Below are positions 28,478 through 39,492 of a stretch of DNA of 61,790 nucleotides, in pieces. The stretch spans positions 27,233 to 89,022 of the forward strand of contig CAJFCJ010000124.1 of assembly GCA_904063045.1 (NCBI GenBank). The letters run 5' to 3'. The position numbers were made by a program, and so were the translations under genes. This stretch comes from Dimorphilus gyrociliatus (lineage: Eukaryota; Animalia; Annelida). How positions within the stretch are numbered: position 1 is the stretch's first letter; each line of letters begins with the position of its first letter. Below the pieces are notes generated by a model. That model ran no database searches. It saw nothing but the letters and a program-made list of their open reading frames with translations, and had not been told where the DNA came from.

Positions 28478-30837
28478 CAATGAAGTTTGTAACGGAATAG
28501 TTGATTGTCTAAAGGGAAGTGACGAATTGTTTTGCAAAATTTCAAATCTTTCCTGTCCAATCGTGGACTGCGGTTGCGAAAATTTCTACACCGCAAAATG
28601 CGATTTAACAACAACACGACCAATGAGTCGTAATAATACTATTTCCGGTCGGATGCCGTGGAAAAATCTTTTCATTATAAATTATTATGTAGCCTCTTTT
28701 GAGCGTCTCGTTTCAGTGACGTATTTAACAGTAACACTGAGTACTATAGATATATTCCATACTCTGGCAAACTTTCCCAACGTTATATTTTTCAATGCAA
28801 GCTACAACGAAATGATTTCCCTTAAAGGATTATTATCATCATCCAATCGTAATCTGGCGGGAGAAAAACTCCAAATTCTTCTCCTTCGTAGAAATCATCT
28901 TCTCCTATCATATACGTTCTCTTTTGGTGTTTTTCGAGATTTGAGGAAATTGGATATTTCCAGTACAAATCTGACAGTACTCTCCAATCAGATTTTCAGA
29001 CATCTCGACAAACTTCAACATCTGGACCTGAGCTATTGTCGTATCAAAGAGATTCAGGAAAGATCATTCTATCATCTGCAATCTGTGGAGAATTTCCTAC
29101 TAGCAGGATCGGAGATTCCGATGGAGAATGGAAAATTCCTTATGGAACATTTAAGAAATCTAAACAATTTACTAAGCAACTATTTCGAATTGTGTTGTTT
29201 GGCGAGGAAATATTCAAATGAGCTTAGAGTTTGTCAACCGAATAGATCGTTGTTTAATTCTTGTTCGGATTTAATAGAATCTAGACTGTTGAAAAGTCTG
29301 CTATGGATATTAGGCGTTGTGGCGTTGTTTGAAAATCTGACGTCATTAATCTTTAGACTTTTCTTCTCGAGGAAGAAGAGAAATTTCTTCTATTTATGCT
29401 TAATCTTTGCGGATTTGAGTACTTCGATCTATTTCATTTCAATTGGAATTGTCGATTTAATATTTCGAGGAAATTATATTGAAAATGATTTTAGATGGCG
29501 GAATAGTTGGAGTTGCTCAATCATTGGGATATTTTGCAGTTTTTCCCTGCAATTATCAGTAATAAGTCTATTGTTTATAACGATTGAAAGATTCCAGATA
29601 ATCGTCTATCCTTGGTTGAAAATCTTTCAATCCCTATCGAAATGGTGTTTTGTTTGTTTCATATTCTCCTTATCAATTATCTTATCAATCCTACCGGTTT
29701 TCATCTACGACGTTAGGCCAATATTAATCTTTTGTTTGTTTACAATACATTTGTATTGTTTGTTTGTTTGTATAGGATTACTACTCAAAGAGTGCAGTTT
29801 GTTTCACTCTGCACATTTCCAGCAAAAAGAATGAAGGATGGTTTTACTCATTTCTGCTTTTTGGCTGTTTTATTAGCGCCATCTGCTTGATCATTTCTTT
29901 TCTGTATCTGAAGATATGGAAGAGAACGTTAGATTCGAAAGGTCTAGTTGAAAAGTCAACATTTAAATCGCAACAAAAGAAGATAAAGATAAAAGCATTT
30001 CTAATCGTTTTGACAAACATTCTATGCTGGTTTCCAATTTCTTTCTTAGGTTTGTCAAAAAAGGAACGGATTACTTATCATATTACTCTTCTTCATTCAT
30101 TCATTCACTCATTCATTACAGGAATCTATTCGGTGTTCTTTGAATTGATTCTGTCGAAGAGACTGTACACTACACTGATCATAGTGATTCTACCAATGAA
30201 TTCGGTGATTAATCCACTCTTGTACACTTGGAACGATTTGCATTTGCATTACAAAAATTTAGCAGGGGAGAAGAAAAGGAAAATGTTTGTCATGTTTATA
30301 ATATTCTTCTATAACAATCTCTCTTTTTCTTTCCCTTAAAGCCAACAACAGTTACAAACATTACTGACAAAACAATTTGAAAATAGTTGAGTACATTTCA
30401 ATTGAGTTTAACAACTCTTCTTCTTCTTCTTCTTCTTCTTCTTCTTTATAGATTGCGAATTTCTGTGTAAAATGAACAGCAATTTCCTATCCGTCGATGT
30501 TTCTTCGAGAAATTTGGAGAATCATAGAAAATCTCTCTTAATTTTCACTATTGGAAATATCCTCGATATTTCAAAGAGTACTATGATAGCAATCTCGTTC
30601 TGTCATTCGTTTCAATACTCTTTGAGAGGCGAGATCTCTTTCAACACTATATTCTTTAAGGTTTGTACGAATAGGAAGAGATTGAGATGGATGCTATCAT
30701 TGGTGAAAGTTTGCAGTTTGCGATCTAATATTGATAAGGAAGATATTCTCTCGTTTGGAAAGACTCTAAAGAGAATGATACAAACTAGAACCAAGTTGTT
30801 GATTATGGCAAGTTCAAGTTGGAAATCAATGGCTTAA
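28478..30837 (+). CDS. GRL101-like: GRL101-like receptor 5 (5'-partial): last LDLa, LRR, 7TM, pseudokinase-like tail
   Basis: Close paralog of receptor 3: CCLARKYSNELRVCQPNRSLFNSCSDLIES, TIERF, CWFP, INPLLY. Tail ..KEDILSFGKTLKRMI.. in ORF 30472-30837. Confidence 0.85.
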
Positions 30838-31025
30838 CTGAAAGAAATCTACCGCAAAACCCCCGCAATTATATCTGACACTACTCTTGATATACGTTTC
30901 AATGCACCAAGTTTGTCGTATTTTCTGCGCAGTTCATATGCCTAAAATTGTATAGTTTGTCAACTGCAAATATTAGCAAAAATAAAGCAAACATATTGTC
31001 TTTTTAATCTTTCTCTCTTTCCTCT

Positions 31026-32261
31026 CTATTCCCTTTCCAGTTCGTCTGCATTAACGATTGGACTACCGTCCGCCTCACTCCACTCTTTCCAGCCACCGTC
31101 GTAGATCGAGATGCTCTTCCATCCCAGCGCGTAGGCGTAGAACCATATTTCGGACGCCCTCCACCCAGTACCGCAATAGAACGAGTTGGAATCATTTGCA
31201 GTAATGCCGTTATTCGCCCACCGATTAACGATATAGTGAAAGTTTATCATTGTATTATCCGGAGTTCTATAATCCGACATATCCCAAGGATCCAGACCCG
31301 CAAATCCGTGAACGGCGCCCTTAATATGGCCAGATTTTTTAATATAGCTATAACCGCTAGTTTGGCCAGTGTACTCGGGCCAACTGCAAATGCTTATGAG
31401 GCGTCCATTCTCTTCCGAGAGTAGTTTTTTCACATCTTCCAAATCGATTATATATTCGGGATGTTGAGGTATTCGAACGCCGAAATCGGAAATGGGCGTT
31501 ACTTGCTGGTCGCCTCCTTCTAACTCGTATAAAGCGTCTCTCCACGCAACGAAACCGCCGTCTAAAATGCGAACGTCTTCAACTCCGGCATATTTCATAA
31601 TTAGTCCTATGCGGCAGGCTGCGGTTGTATCGTCGCTGTACAAAACAACCTTTGCCGATCGGTTAATGCCGTAGAAGAGAAGAGATTGAAGAATATCTTG
31701 ATCATTTTTCCTATTCCACAAAGGACCTTCTTCAAAACGATCCGTGTTTAGATGAACAGCCGTAGGAATATGACCCTGTCTGTAAGATTCTCCTTCTCCC
31801 TGGCTAACTTCGAATATTCTAATATCTCTCTTATCCTTTATCATCAACTCGTTCCTTATCCAGAAGGGAGGAACGAGAACTCGATAATTGGGTAAGATTT
31901 CCATTTCTAGAGAGTCGTCCGCCGACCAACCTTCGATACCTTCGCCGTAGACCTTGACACTTTTATAGCCCAAATTTTCAAGTTTGTCAGCAACGTAGCG
32001 AGCCGTTTGAACGCTGTGGCCATAGGTTACTATGGTTTTTTGCTTAACAATAGAATAACGGTCAAGTTCCAATTGTACCGACTCTTCCTCGTCGGATAGT
32101 TTGTCAAACCAGGTTGACGAGAAAACGGTTGACCCTTTAATGTGACCTCTACGAATGTTTGCCCTCGTTGTCCAGCCATTAAATTCGTACGTTGGACGAG
32201 TATCGACAATAATCGTACTAGGATCATTTAGCAGTTTTTTTAGTTCATTCGTGCTGAGCAT
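31026..32261 (-). CDS. ynjE-like: Three-domain rhodanese / thiosulfate sulfurtransferase, YnjE type (411 aa, intronless)
   Basis: Rhodanese motifs IVDTRP..GHIKGS, Y..GHIPTAVHL, VRILDGGFVAW, SGHIKGA. Catalytic loop FYCGTGWRASE in the third domain. C-terminal SIYDGGWKEWS signature. One uninterrupted 1236-bp ORF. Confidence 0.9.
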   Translation of the reverse strand: MLSTNELKKLLNDPSTIIVDTRPTYEFNGWTTRANIRRGHIKGSTVFSSTWFDKLSDEEESVQLELDRYSIVKQKTIVTYGHSVQTARYVADKLENLGYKSVKVYGEGIEGWSADDSLEMEILPNYRVLVPPFWIRNELMIKDKRDIRIFEVSQGEGESYRQGHIPTAVHLNTDRFEEGPLWNRKNDQDILQSLLFYGINRSAKVVLYSDDTTAACRIGLIMKYAGVEDVRILDGGFVAWRDALYELEGGDQQVTPISDFGVRIPQHPEYIIDLEDVKKLLSEENGRLISICSWPEYTGQTSGYSYIKKSGHIKGAVHGFAGLDPWDMSDYRTPDNTMINFHYIVNRWANNGITANDSNSFYCGTGWRASEIWFYAYALGWKSISIYDGGWKEWSEADGSPIVNADELERE

Positions 32262-32955
32262 CTTTCAGGAGAGAAAAGAGAGAGAGAGAGAGAGAGAGAG
32301 AAAGAAAGAGTGAGTAAGTGAATGAATGGGAGAGAAAGCCATAAATGGAAAGACAGACAGCACAAATGACTGATATTCTAAAGAGAACATTTTTTTTTTT
32401 TTTGAATCTAGGTCATAAACTAGAACTATTAAAGAATAATTGCAAAATCATAAACGATTCTTACTTCAAAGGGTCACGTGGTCGTGTAACCTACTATCTA
32501 TGCAACAGGTGTTTGTCCGATAAACATTTAAAGGGTCAGATGAAAACAACTAACAAACAAACCTTATCATCTAATTAGCGACTCTATATTAACAATAACG
32601 GAAAAGAGATTAACGTACGTCAATGTCAATGTCAAGTAGGCTGATAAAATGTTTGTCACTGAAAAAGCAATAAAAACAACTGTAAGAGTGTTTATGAAAT
32701 GTGAACGAACTTTGCTGCTATCGTTATCTTATCAGCTGATATATTTTATATAGATACATGAAGAAAAGTAGCCAAGAATAGGATGATAATTTGTGAAGAG
32801 CCAATAATCTTTAACATAGTATTTTTATATTAGGAATAAACCAAACAAACAACGGACAAACAACAATAATATCATAGCGTTTTAACGTTCTTTCACACTT
32901 TCTTCGCACAGAGAGAGAGAGAGAGAGAGGTGAAGGATAAATGTAGAATCACTGT

Positions 32956-33198
32956 TCATTTGAAAGAGTCCCTTAGTCTTTGTCGTTCCATGAGCAAGTG
33001 TTGATAGAGAGGAGGGTTAGTTTGCTGTAAAGTTGGATCAATAGGTATATCTGGTTTCATGGCTTCCTTCAATTCGGCGTCTTTCTGTTTAATATCAGTT
33101 AAACGAACTCCGTTTATTCTAACTTTATTGTTTGGATCTCGTAGTTTTCCATTAGGATCATTTAGTTTACCGCCAAACATGCTTTTGCTGTTCTTCAC
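32956..33198 (-). CDS. Small ORF of unknown function (about 75-80 aa, possibly a terminal exon)
   Basis: Open frame with protein-like composition (..DPTLQQTNPPLYQHLLMERQRLRDSFK*), flanked by GA/CT repeats like other genes here. No recognisable domain. Confidence 0.35.
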   Translation of the reverse strand: MKNSKSMFGGKLNDPNGKLRDPNNKVRINGVRLTDIKQKDAELKEAMKPDIPIDPTLQQTNPPLYQHLLMERQRLRDSFK

Positions 33199-33504
33199 GG
33201 ACGATAAGAGAGAAATTATTTATCCTCGATGTGTAAAATGCCTATGTGAGCGAAAATATGAAATGTTATGACGGTTACTATGGTAGGTCATTGATCCTTT
33301 CGTTTTTTTAAATAAGAATAACTGCAAAATCAGCATTAAAACTGCAAACTCCCCAAAAAAAAAAATATGTAAAAAGAGGGTTAAAATAGATGTTTGTATT
33401 GAATCATTGCTTGTTTATCAACTCGTTCCATTTTGGCATTTATGTTTCTTAGTTTAATATTTGTAACGATTGAGCAGGGTAAAGAGTAGATAGTGGATAT
33501 AGGA

Positions 33505-33541
<37 letters not shown>

Positions 33542-34087
33542 ACTCACTCACTCACTCACTCACTCACTGCGTAGTGATTCCACTTTAGTTTTACATTCTC
33601 CCACAGTACCATTCAGACGATGGTGAAAAATCCTACACTCTTCTCTTCTTTACCTGCGTATTGGTTGCAGTAGTAAAGTGACGTTCAACTCTGCAAACCA
33701 ACGCCTATCGTTCATCCACCGACCGACGTTGTAGATCATTTATCCAAGTTAAACACAGTAGCTGAACGAATTCTACCATTCGTTCTTCATTCATTTGCAG
33801 GAAAGATGAAGAGAGGAAGAGAGGAAGAGAGTGGGTTTTCCTGCTGCTAGTTGAAAGCGTTCAGGGCGGAAGAAGATAATAAAAGGAATGTCGTAAATTT
33901 GCACTAATTAGTTTCGGAAGTGGAATTGACCAGCTACAACGATCCCCGGAGAATAGGGATATATACTTGTCTTATCTGTAACTTTCCGATTGGCGAAAGT
34001 TTGTCCCTCCCTCCCTCCCTCTCGCCCTCCGTCTCGTTTGTTTGTCCATTTCTTGTTAGCAACTCACCGGCGACGCATCGAAGAAGG

Positions 34088-34872
34088 ATGAGGATGATAA
34101 AACTACCGTCGTTCAAGAGACAGTCTCTTCCGTTGAATCTTTTGGTCTTTCTCTCCCTACCAATAAACATTGTTTGCATTGGCCTAGCGACACTACTCCG
34201 CAGGTGGATTGTCAACGATGACATTGGAAAATACTCTGTCTACGTTGGACTCTTTGAAGTTTGTACGTACATTGACGAGAAAGCGGCGCAATTGTTTGCG
34301 ACAAACAAGAGTACTGTACAAGGTTTATTCTGCGTTGCAGTCGACCATCCTCTACTGGAAAAGGGTAAGTTTGTTTATTACTGTAGGAGGGAGGGAAGGA
34401 GGGAGAGAGAGAGAAGAGTTTTGTTCCAAGTAGATAATAGACGTTTTTCGTTCCTTTTGCAGACGCACCCGGTTTCAAGGCCATACCGGCAATGATGATT
34501 GCGTCTTGGTGTCTTCTCTTCGGATCGATGATGTTGGGTTTTGTGGTTAGAGATACGAATTTAATGAGGAACGCCGTCTGTACAAAGATTGTTGGTTTTC
34601 TCTGTTTAATGGCTGCGTTGATAACTATCGTCTGCTGGGCTTTTTTCGCCGGTATCTATAGGGAGAGGAAGAGAGATCTTGACGTTGGTTTCGCTCTGGC
34701 CGTTCTCTCCTCCTTCTTCTCGTTGATCAATTCTGCGCTAGCGTTTAAGATACCCAACAACGAAACGGCTAATTCTTCAACACCAGAGACGATTGATCTA
34801 AACGACGGTAATTGGTCGACTACGAAGGAAGAGAAGGCGGACGAAGAAGGAAGAAAAAGAGAAGAAGAGTAA
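34088..34872 (+). CDS. PMP22/EMP/claudin-superfamily tetraspan protein 1 (2 exons)
   Basis: W..GLFEVC..C ECL1 signature and four hydrophobic helices. Phase-1 intron ~34365-34461 (gtaag..ttgcag). Charged C-tail. Confidence 0.8.
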
Positions 34873-35312
34873 CATTTTCTTTTGTTAGTTTGTACTTTGT
34901 TTGTTAGTTTAGAAGAAAGCAAAAGAAAGCGTTGAAAATAAACGATTAGAGAGTGGAAAAAGCGTTATCAGTTGATGAATGATAAGAGACAGAGAGAGAG
35001 AGAGAGAGAGAGAAAGCCAGACCACAAATTGATCCTATCGCTTATCTTTATTTTGTTTAGATTAGCAGTTAATAGCTATTTAATCAAAGGACAGTATTAT
35101 TCCCCAATGATCTTGTGAAGTGGTTGCCGTATCAATTAAGAGATGTGTGTCAAAGATTAACGATTAGATTACAAGAAGGAGAAGAGGAAGAAGAAGAAGA
35201 AGAGAATTTTATCTCTAAACATAAGGAAACGACGTAATTGTAGGAGAAGTTTCCCTTTTTCGTTACATTGTTTCTAGTGATGACAAATGCTACTTTCGCC
35301 TTTGTTGTATGA

Positions 35313-35394
35313 GCAGTCGTGGCCGAGTGGTTAAGGCGATAGACTAGAAATCTATTGGGCTCTGCCCGCACAGGTTCGAATCCTGTCGACTGCG
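35313..35394 (+). tRNA. tRNA-Ser-AGA: tRNA-Ser (anticodon AGA)
   Basis: GCAGTCGTGGCCGAGTGGTTAAGGCG; anticodon arm ATAGA-CT-AGA-AA-TCTAT; long variable arm; GGTTCGAATCC; acceptor stem closes; 82 nt. Confidence 0.95.
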
Positions 35395-35479
35395 CAAAAT
35401 TTTCCTTTTTTCTTTAATTTTTCTTCTTTTGCAAACAATCAGAGTTTGTCATACAGAGAGAGAGAAAGAGAGAGAAAGA

Positions 35480-36235
35480 GCGTCCTTTTGACAATTACCA
35501 GCTCCTTCAAGTCAGCTGAGCAACAGATGGATTTCAACAACGTAAACACATTCTTCTAACAAAGATTGTGCAAGATTGAAAACATGCCGAATAATAATCC
35601 GATTGAAATTCAAAGAAAGCTCCAACATCTAACACTCCAATATCATCCCAATTACATGTTCATCTATTTAAAATGGAAAGGTCAAGGACGGCGGCATTCG
35701 TTTCTTCATCGTACGGAATACGATCGATTAGTGGACGAAATGGACGTATCCGTCAATGAGATCATCTCCATTTGTAATAGCTATTGCTATCCTACGAAAA
35801 TTCTCCTTTTAGCTGATCTTATTAGTCCGGGTAGTTCTTTCTTTGCTTTTTTTTTGTAATAGGGAATATTAAGATATGATTGATTGATAAATTATTTCTT
35901 CCCTATTCTTCCAGATTTTATAAATATGAGATACCAGACAACGGGTAAACAAACTAGTGTGCCTTCTCTTCCCGACGGAAGATGCTATATCCAAATTTGC
36001 AATGTGGCAGGTTTGTAAAGAGAGATTTATTTCCAAAGAATTCTTGTTGTTAAAAGCCTCTCTCTTTATAGAAAGTGCGGAACTTTTAACACCACTTCTA
36101 CGCAGTCTCTCAACTGTAATTGAAGCCTACAATGGCAACTCGTTAACTGATCTTCTTGATCTAGTTACTCAAGGTGTGGAGGACATTCACATGGCATTTT
36201 GCGGAAACTGGTTGTCAGGGCCAGTTAGCCTGTAA
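35480..36235 (+). pseudogene. Caspase-fold family A copy 1, 5'-truncated pseudogene
   Basis: Homologous to A2-A4 with the same two introns. Lacks the start region (fused to a GA tract after the tRNA) and has an in-frame TAA at 35557-35559. Confidence 0.75.
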
Positions 36236-36269
36236 GGAAAAGAGAGTTCTTACAATCATACTATCCCCG

Positions 36270-37640
36270 CCAACAAGCTGAATGAACGAAGAAGAACTAT
36301 AGCGAGAGATGCAACGGATATAAGCCGGATAACCCTGCCCGAATGAGTTTCACTCATTTCGTTCGTCTACCACTGGGCCCGTATAATTAATGGCCACCAC
36401 GAAACGACTAGTTTTGGTCATGTGCCCAAGTTGAAGACTCCAACATGTTAACTAACGTTATACTTGTAAACGCGGTGTTACTATTTGAAAAACCTCAGTT
36501 CAGAGACTGAAGATTTTATCATTCGTTCTAGGCTATTTTATCCATATCACATCTGCCCAAAAAATAACTATATACACTTTTTATACGAAATACATTAATT
36601 ACATTTTTATTTGATCTTTGTCAAATAGATATTTCACTTATCAAAGCATCTTTCATTCCTTCATACTGGTGTTTTATAAAATCAGGGTTAGGGTTAGGGT
36701 TAGGGTTACGAATTTCATTCACTTTTCCTTTTGAAATAACCCTATAAATTCTCAATGGGATCAACATCTGGTGAATTACCGAGATCATTCTCCTCCTGCC
36801 TCAACCTCATAAAGTTCTCACCAAATTTCTCCCTAAATATTGGAAAAATTGTTCCGTGGATTCGGCGTTGGGGTTAGGGTTAACCATATATGCATATTTT
36901 TGTCGGCACCTTTATGCTAGATGAACTTACTTGAGTTAAGCTTCTTCATTATCCGAATATATCGGAAAAAGGAGAAGGAGACGACGAGTTTGCCGGAGAA
37001 AGAATGTTCAACATATGCGGAAAGAATTTCATTCTCTTTTCAGAGTAGTTTCAAGAGTGGAAGACGCCAGCCTTCATAAACATTCGGTGTTCAAATTAAC
37101 TCAGAAGAAGAAGAAAAAGAAGAAGAAGAAGAAGAAGAAGAGAAAAAACTGTAATGAAAGTTACTTTAGCTATTTGGTCAAGAATCCAATGGTTAAGCGC
37201 TATTTTAAGGATAACGACTAGATTTATCACAAAACACTCTCTACCTCTCTTCCTTCAAACACAACGAACGAAGAAGAATTGAAGAAGATAATATAGAATC
37301 ATTCGCTTACCGTAAATTCCGTAAAAAGGCGGCTTAAACAGCTAGAGGAGAAATGATTTCAACTGTTGAGACGAGTTTCCCAAATGTTTGGTTAGTCAAC
37401 AATGATTAAGCGTTTTCCGGGAGACGATGAGAAAGAAAAGGCCGTTAGTTCAATTATGTCCTCGAAGAATTCTTTAAAGAGACAGAATTGTTATGTAAGT
37501 CTGTATTGCTTCATTACGCCGAAGGATTTTGTTGAGTTTAAACAAAAAATGACTCTTTCATTAGTCATAATTTCATTATGATGGCAATCAATCCATAATG
37601 TTGCAGTAATAACATACAGTGTATATTTCATTGTATATTG
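36270..37640. repeat. Segmental duplicate block (unit 1); near-identical to 46830-48125, diverged partial copy at ~40400-41400
   Basis: Line-by-line sequence identity visible, e.g. aatgaacgaagaagaactat..ggataaccctgcccgaatgagtttcac..gagatatttatc. Confidence 0.9.
36685..36882 (-). mobile_element. Tc1/mariner (DDE_3-like) transposase fragment flanked by (TTAGGG)4 and (TTAGGG)2
   Basis: Minus-strand translation NSPDVDPIENL*GYFKRK matches the Tc1 motif SPDLNPIENLWxxLKRK. Confidence 0.6.
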
Positions 37641-37664
37641 AGATATTTATCTAGCTCAAATTCC

Positions 37665-37980
37665 TGAAGCTAGCAATGGATTAGATTAGACACAAAAACA
37701 AACAATGTTAATCGATCATATTTTGTTTATTAATTCATTCATTTATTCATGCCTTCCTTCCTTCACCCATCCATCCAGTGAAAAAGATAGACGACACAGA
37801 GAGTGCGACATTTCCCTGCAACAACCTCTACAAAAGTGATGTGTGCGACGCTCTACAACAATGATTTTTACTCAACAGTCTACTGAATGAAATGACTGCC
37901 GACGTCCAATATGTTAACGATACGGTTGATGCCGCTTTAATAAACGCCAATAGACCCAAATCATTGATAATGGATTATCT
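37665..37980 (+). pseudogene. Caspase-fold family C 3' fragment (pseudogene)
   Basis: Matches gene C from EATNG through its last exon (44540-44850), with a premature TGA and indels; the 5' part is missing. Confidence 0.7.
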
Positions 37981-38035
37981 TTTAAAAAAAATTTAATCAT
38001 CATGAAAGATATTATTTATTAATTGCATTCTGTTA

Positions 38036-39134
38036 TTACATATAAGCCAACTTTCGGAGAGTGTCGAAAACAATTGGAACGTTTCTACTATTATAGTTTT
38101 CTCCCAACGTCTCTTCGAGATTCCGTTTACATTCCCACATGATCTTTTTCATGTTTAATCCTCTATTTTCCGTCAACGCTCTCAGATAATTCTCTGTGAA
38201 GCACGATCCATCCTCGTTATCCGTCCTCTCCATTGCATCTGTTTAGAGAGAGAGAGAGAGAGAAATGATTAAAGAGAAAAGAAAATCCGTCATTCATGTA
38301 CCGTTCGCCGTAGCGTAGACAATATAGAAATGAAGATGATTATCTTTCTCATTCGACAATAGTCGAAAGATATTGTTGAATTGGCAAAGCGTTTCCTTTC
38401 GGACATCGTCTGCTGGATTAGGAAGATATTAAGAAAGATAACTTTGGAGCGGATATACTCTTGTTCGAATAGTTAACCTTTATTATTTCCGATAACGAAG
38501 AAACACTTCAAGGAGGAGAAAAGGGTAGAGGAGAGAAAGTTGATAAACAGTTCATTTAGCGGAACGTCAACAACGCCATCTTGTTTATTGCAGTAAATTC
38601 TGAATGAATGATTACAGTAATTGGATAGAAGGATACACCAAATAGGACGTTGCCTATTCTTCCATTGTTGACACATACGTTGTTTGCTGTCCAAAAACGA
38701 TTTCAGAGTTTGCAAATGCCTGCAAACTCTACAAAAATACAAATAATTGTAGGAATGGAAAAATTTTTCCCATTTTCTCATATCGTTTAGCATGGACTGA
38801 GTTTGGTTTGCGGAAGCTCCTTCGTTATTCATTATTACAATTCCAATACCATTATAATGTTCCACCTATTTAGATAAGTGAAAATGGTTGCCAAACAGTT
38901 GTTTGTTTATGAAAAAAAAACAAAACTTACAGTATCGACATGATAGGATTGGTCGTCTTCCCAGTTGTCCTTTTCCAAAACATTGGTATGTTCAACCTTT
39001 TCAGAATCTTCATACCGGGAAATATTCTCCTTACATATAAAAGGAATACAATTGGTAATTTCTGTTGTAGAACCATCATGGATTGCGCGTTCTGGTTTAA
39101 CTATTGCGATATTGATAAATTCCTCATTACCCAT
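38036..39134 (-). CDS. Caspase-fold protein B1, catalytically inactive (about 4 coding exons, acidic N-terminal region)
   Basis: p20-like GIGIVIMNNE..DMRKWEKFFHSYNY..IWCILLSNY..DGVVDVPLNELF..KCFFVIGNNK. p10-like HLHFYIVYATANG|DAMERTDNEDGSCFTENYLRAL..VFDTLRKLAYM*. The SHG and QACRG positions read SNY and IGNNK. Confidence 0.8.
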
Positions 39135-39492
39135 GTTTTCTATGTGAGAAGAAGAAAGAAGCAAAGTTACAATCCTGACTTGTAATCGTACAAGTGTATA
39201 AGATTAGCCGGAACGATATTGTGACTAAAAGATAAGATTCACCCCTGATGGTTATATCAAGTGGTGGTTGTTAATCTTATAAACTCATAATAACCATAAG
39301 TAAACACTCATCCCTAACCCTAACCCTAACCTATTTTACTCATGGTAAATGATTTAGAGAATTTTCATGAATATATGTTAGAAAAAAAACAAGAAAAGAA
39401 CTACTATACTGTATTTTCACAAATTTATTACTTTAAATGAAATATTTTTAATCCTGAGGGAGAGAGAGTGACGCAGCACTATTCACTTCAAG

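Noticed and set aside
28458-28500. Apparent natural fusion of receptor 4 TM5 to a second LDLa-LRR-7TM (tandem double receptor); ORF 28458-29834 spanning the N
   Set aside because: The junction is exactly at an ambiguous N and the frames differ; best explained as an assembly join.
31004-32227. Short ORFs overlapping the rhodanese (e.g. 31004-31195, 31236-31424, 31492-31674, 32030-32227)
   Set aside because: Shadow frames of a relatively GC-rich real CDS with no motifs.
31026-32261. Rhodanese as bacterial contamination
   Set aside because: No neighbouring bacterial genes or Shine-Dalgarno site, host-type microsatellite flanks and a splice-acceptor-like context. Not fully excluded without reads.
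36685-36708. TTAGGG tracts as a true chromosome end or telomere-addition site
   Set aside because: Only 2-5 units, embedded in duplicated internal sequence with normal DNA on both sides.
37100-37145. Poly-Lys coding run in ORF 37015-37221
   Set aside because: It is a (GAA)n microsatellite whose length varies among the three paralogous units.
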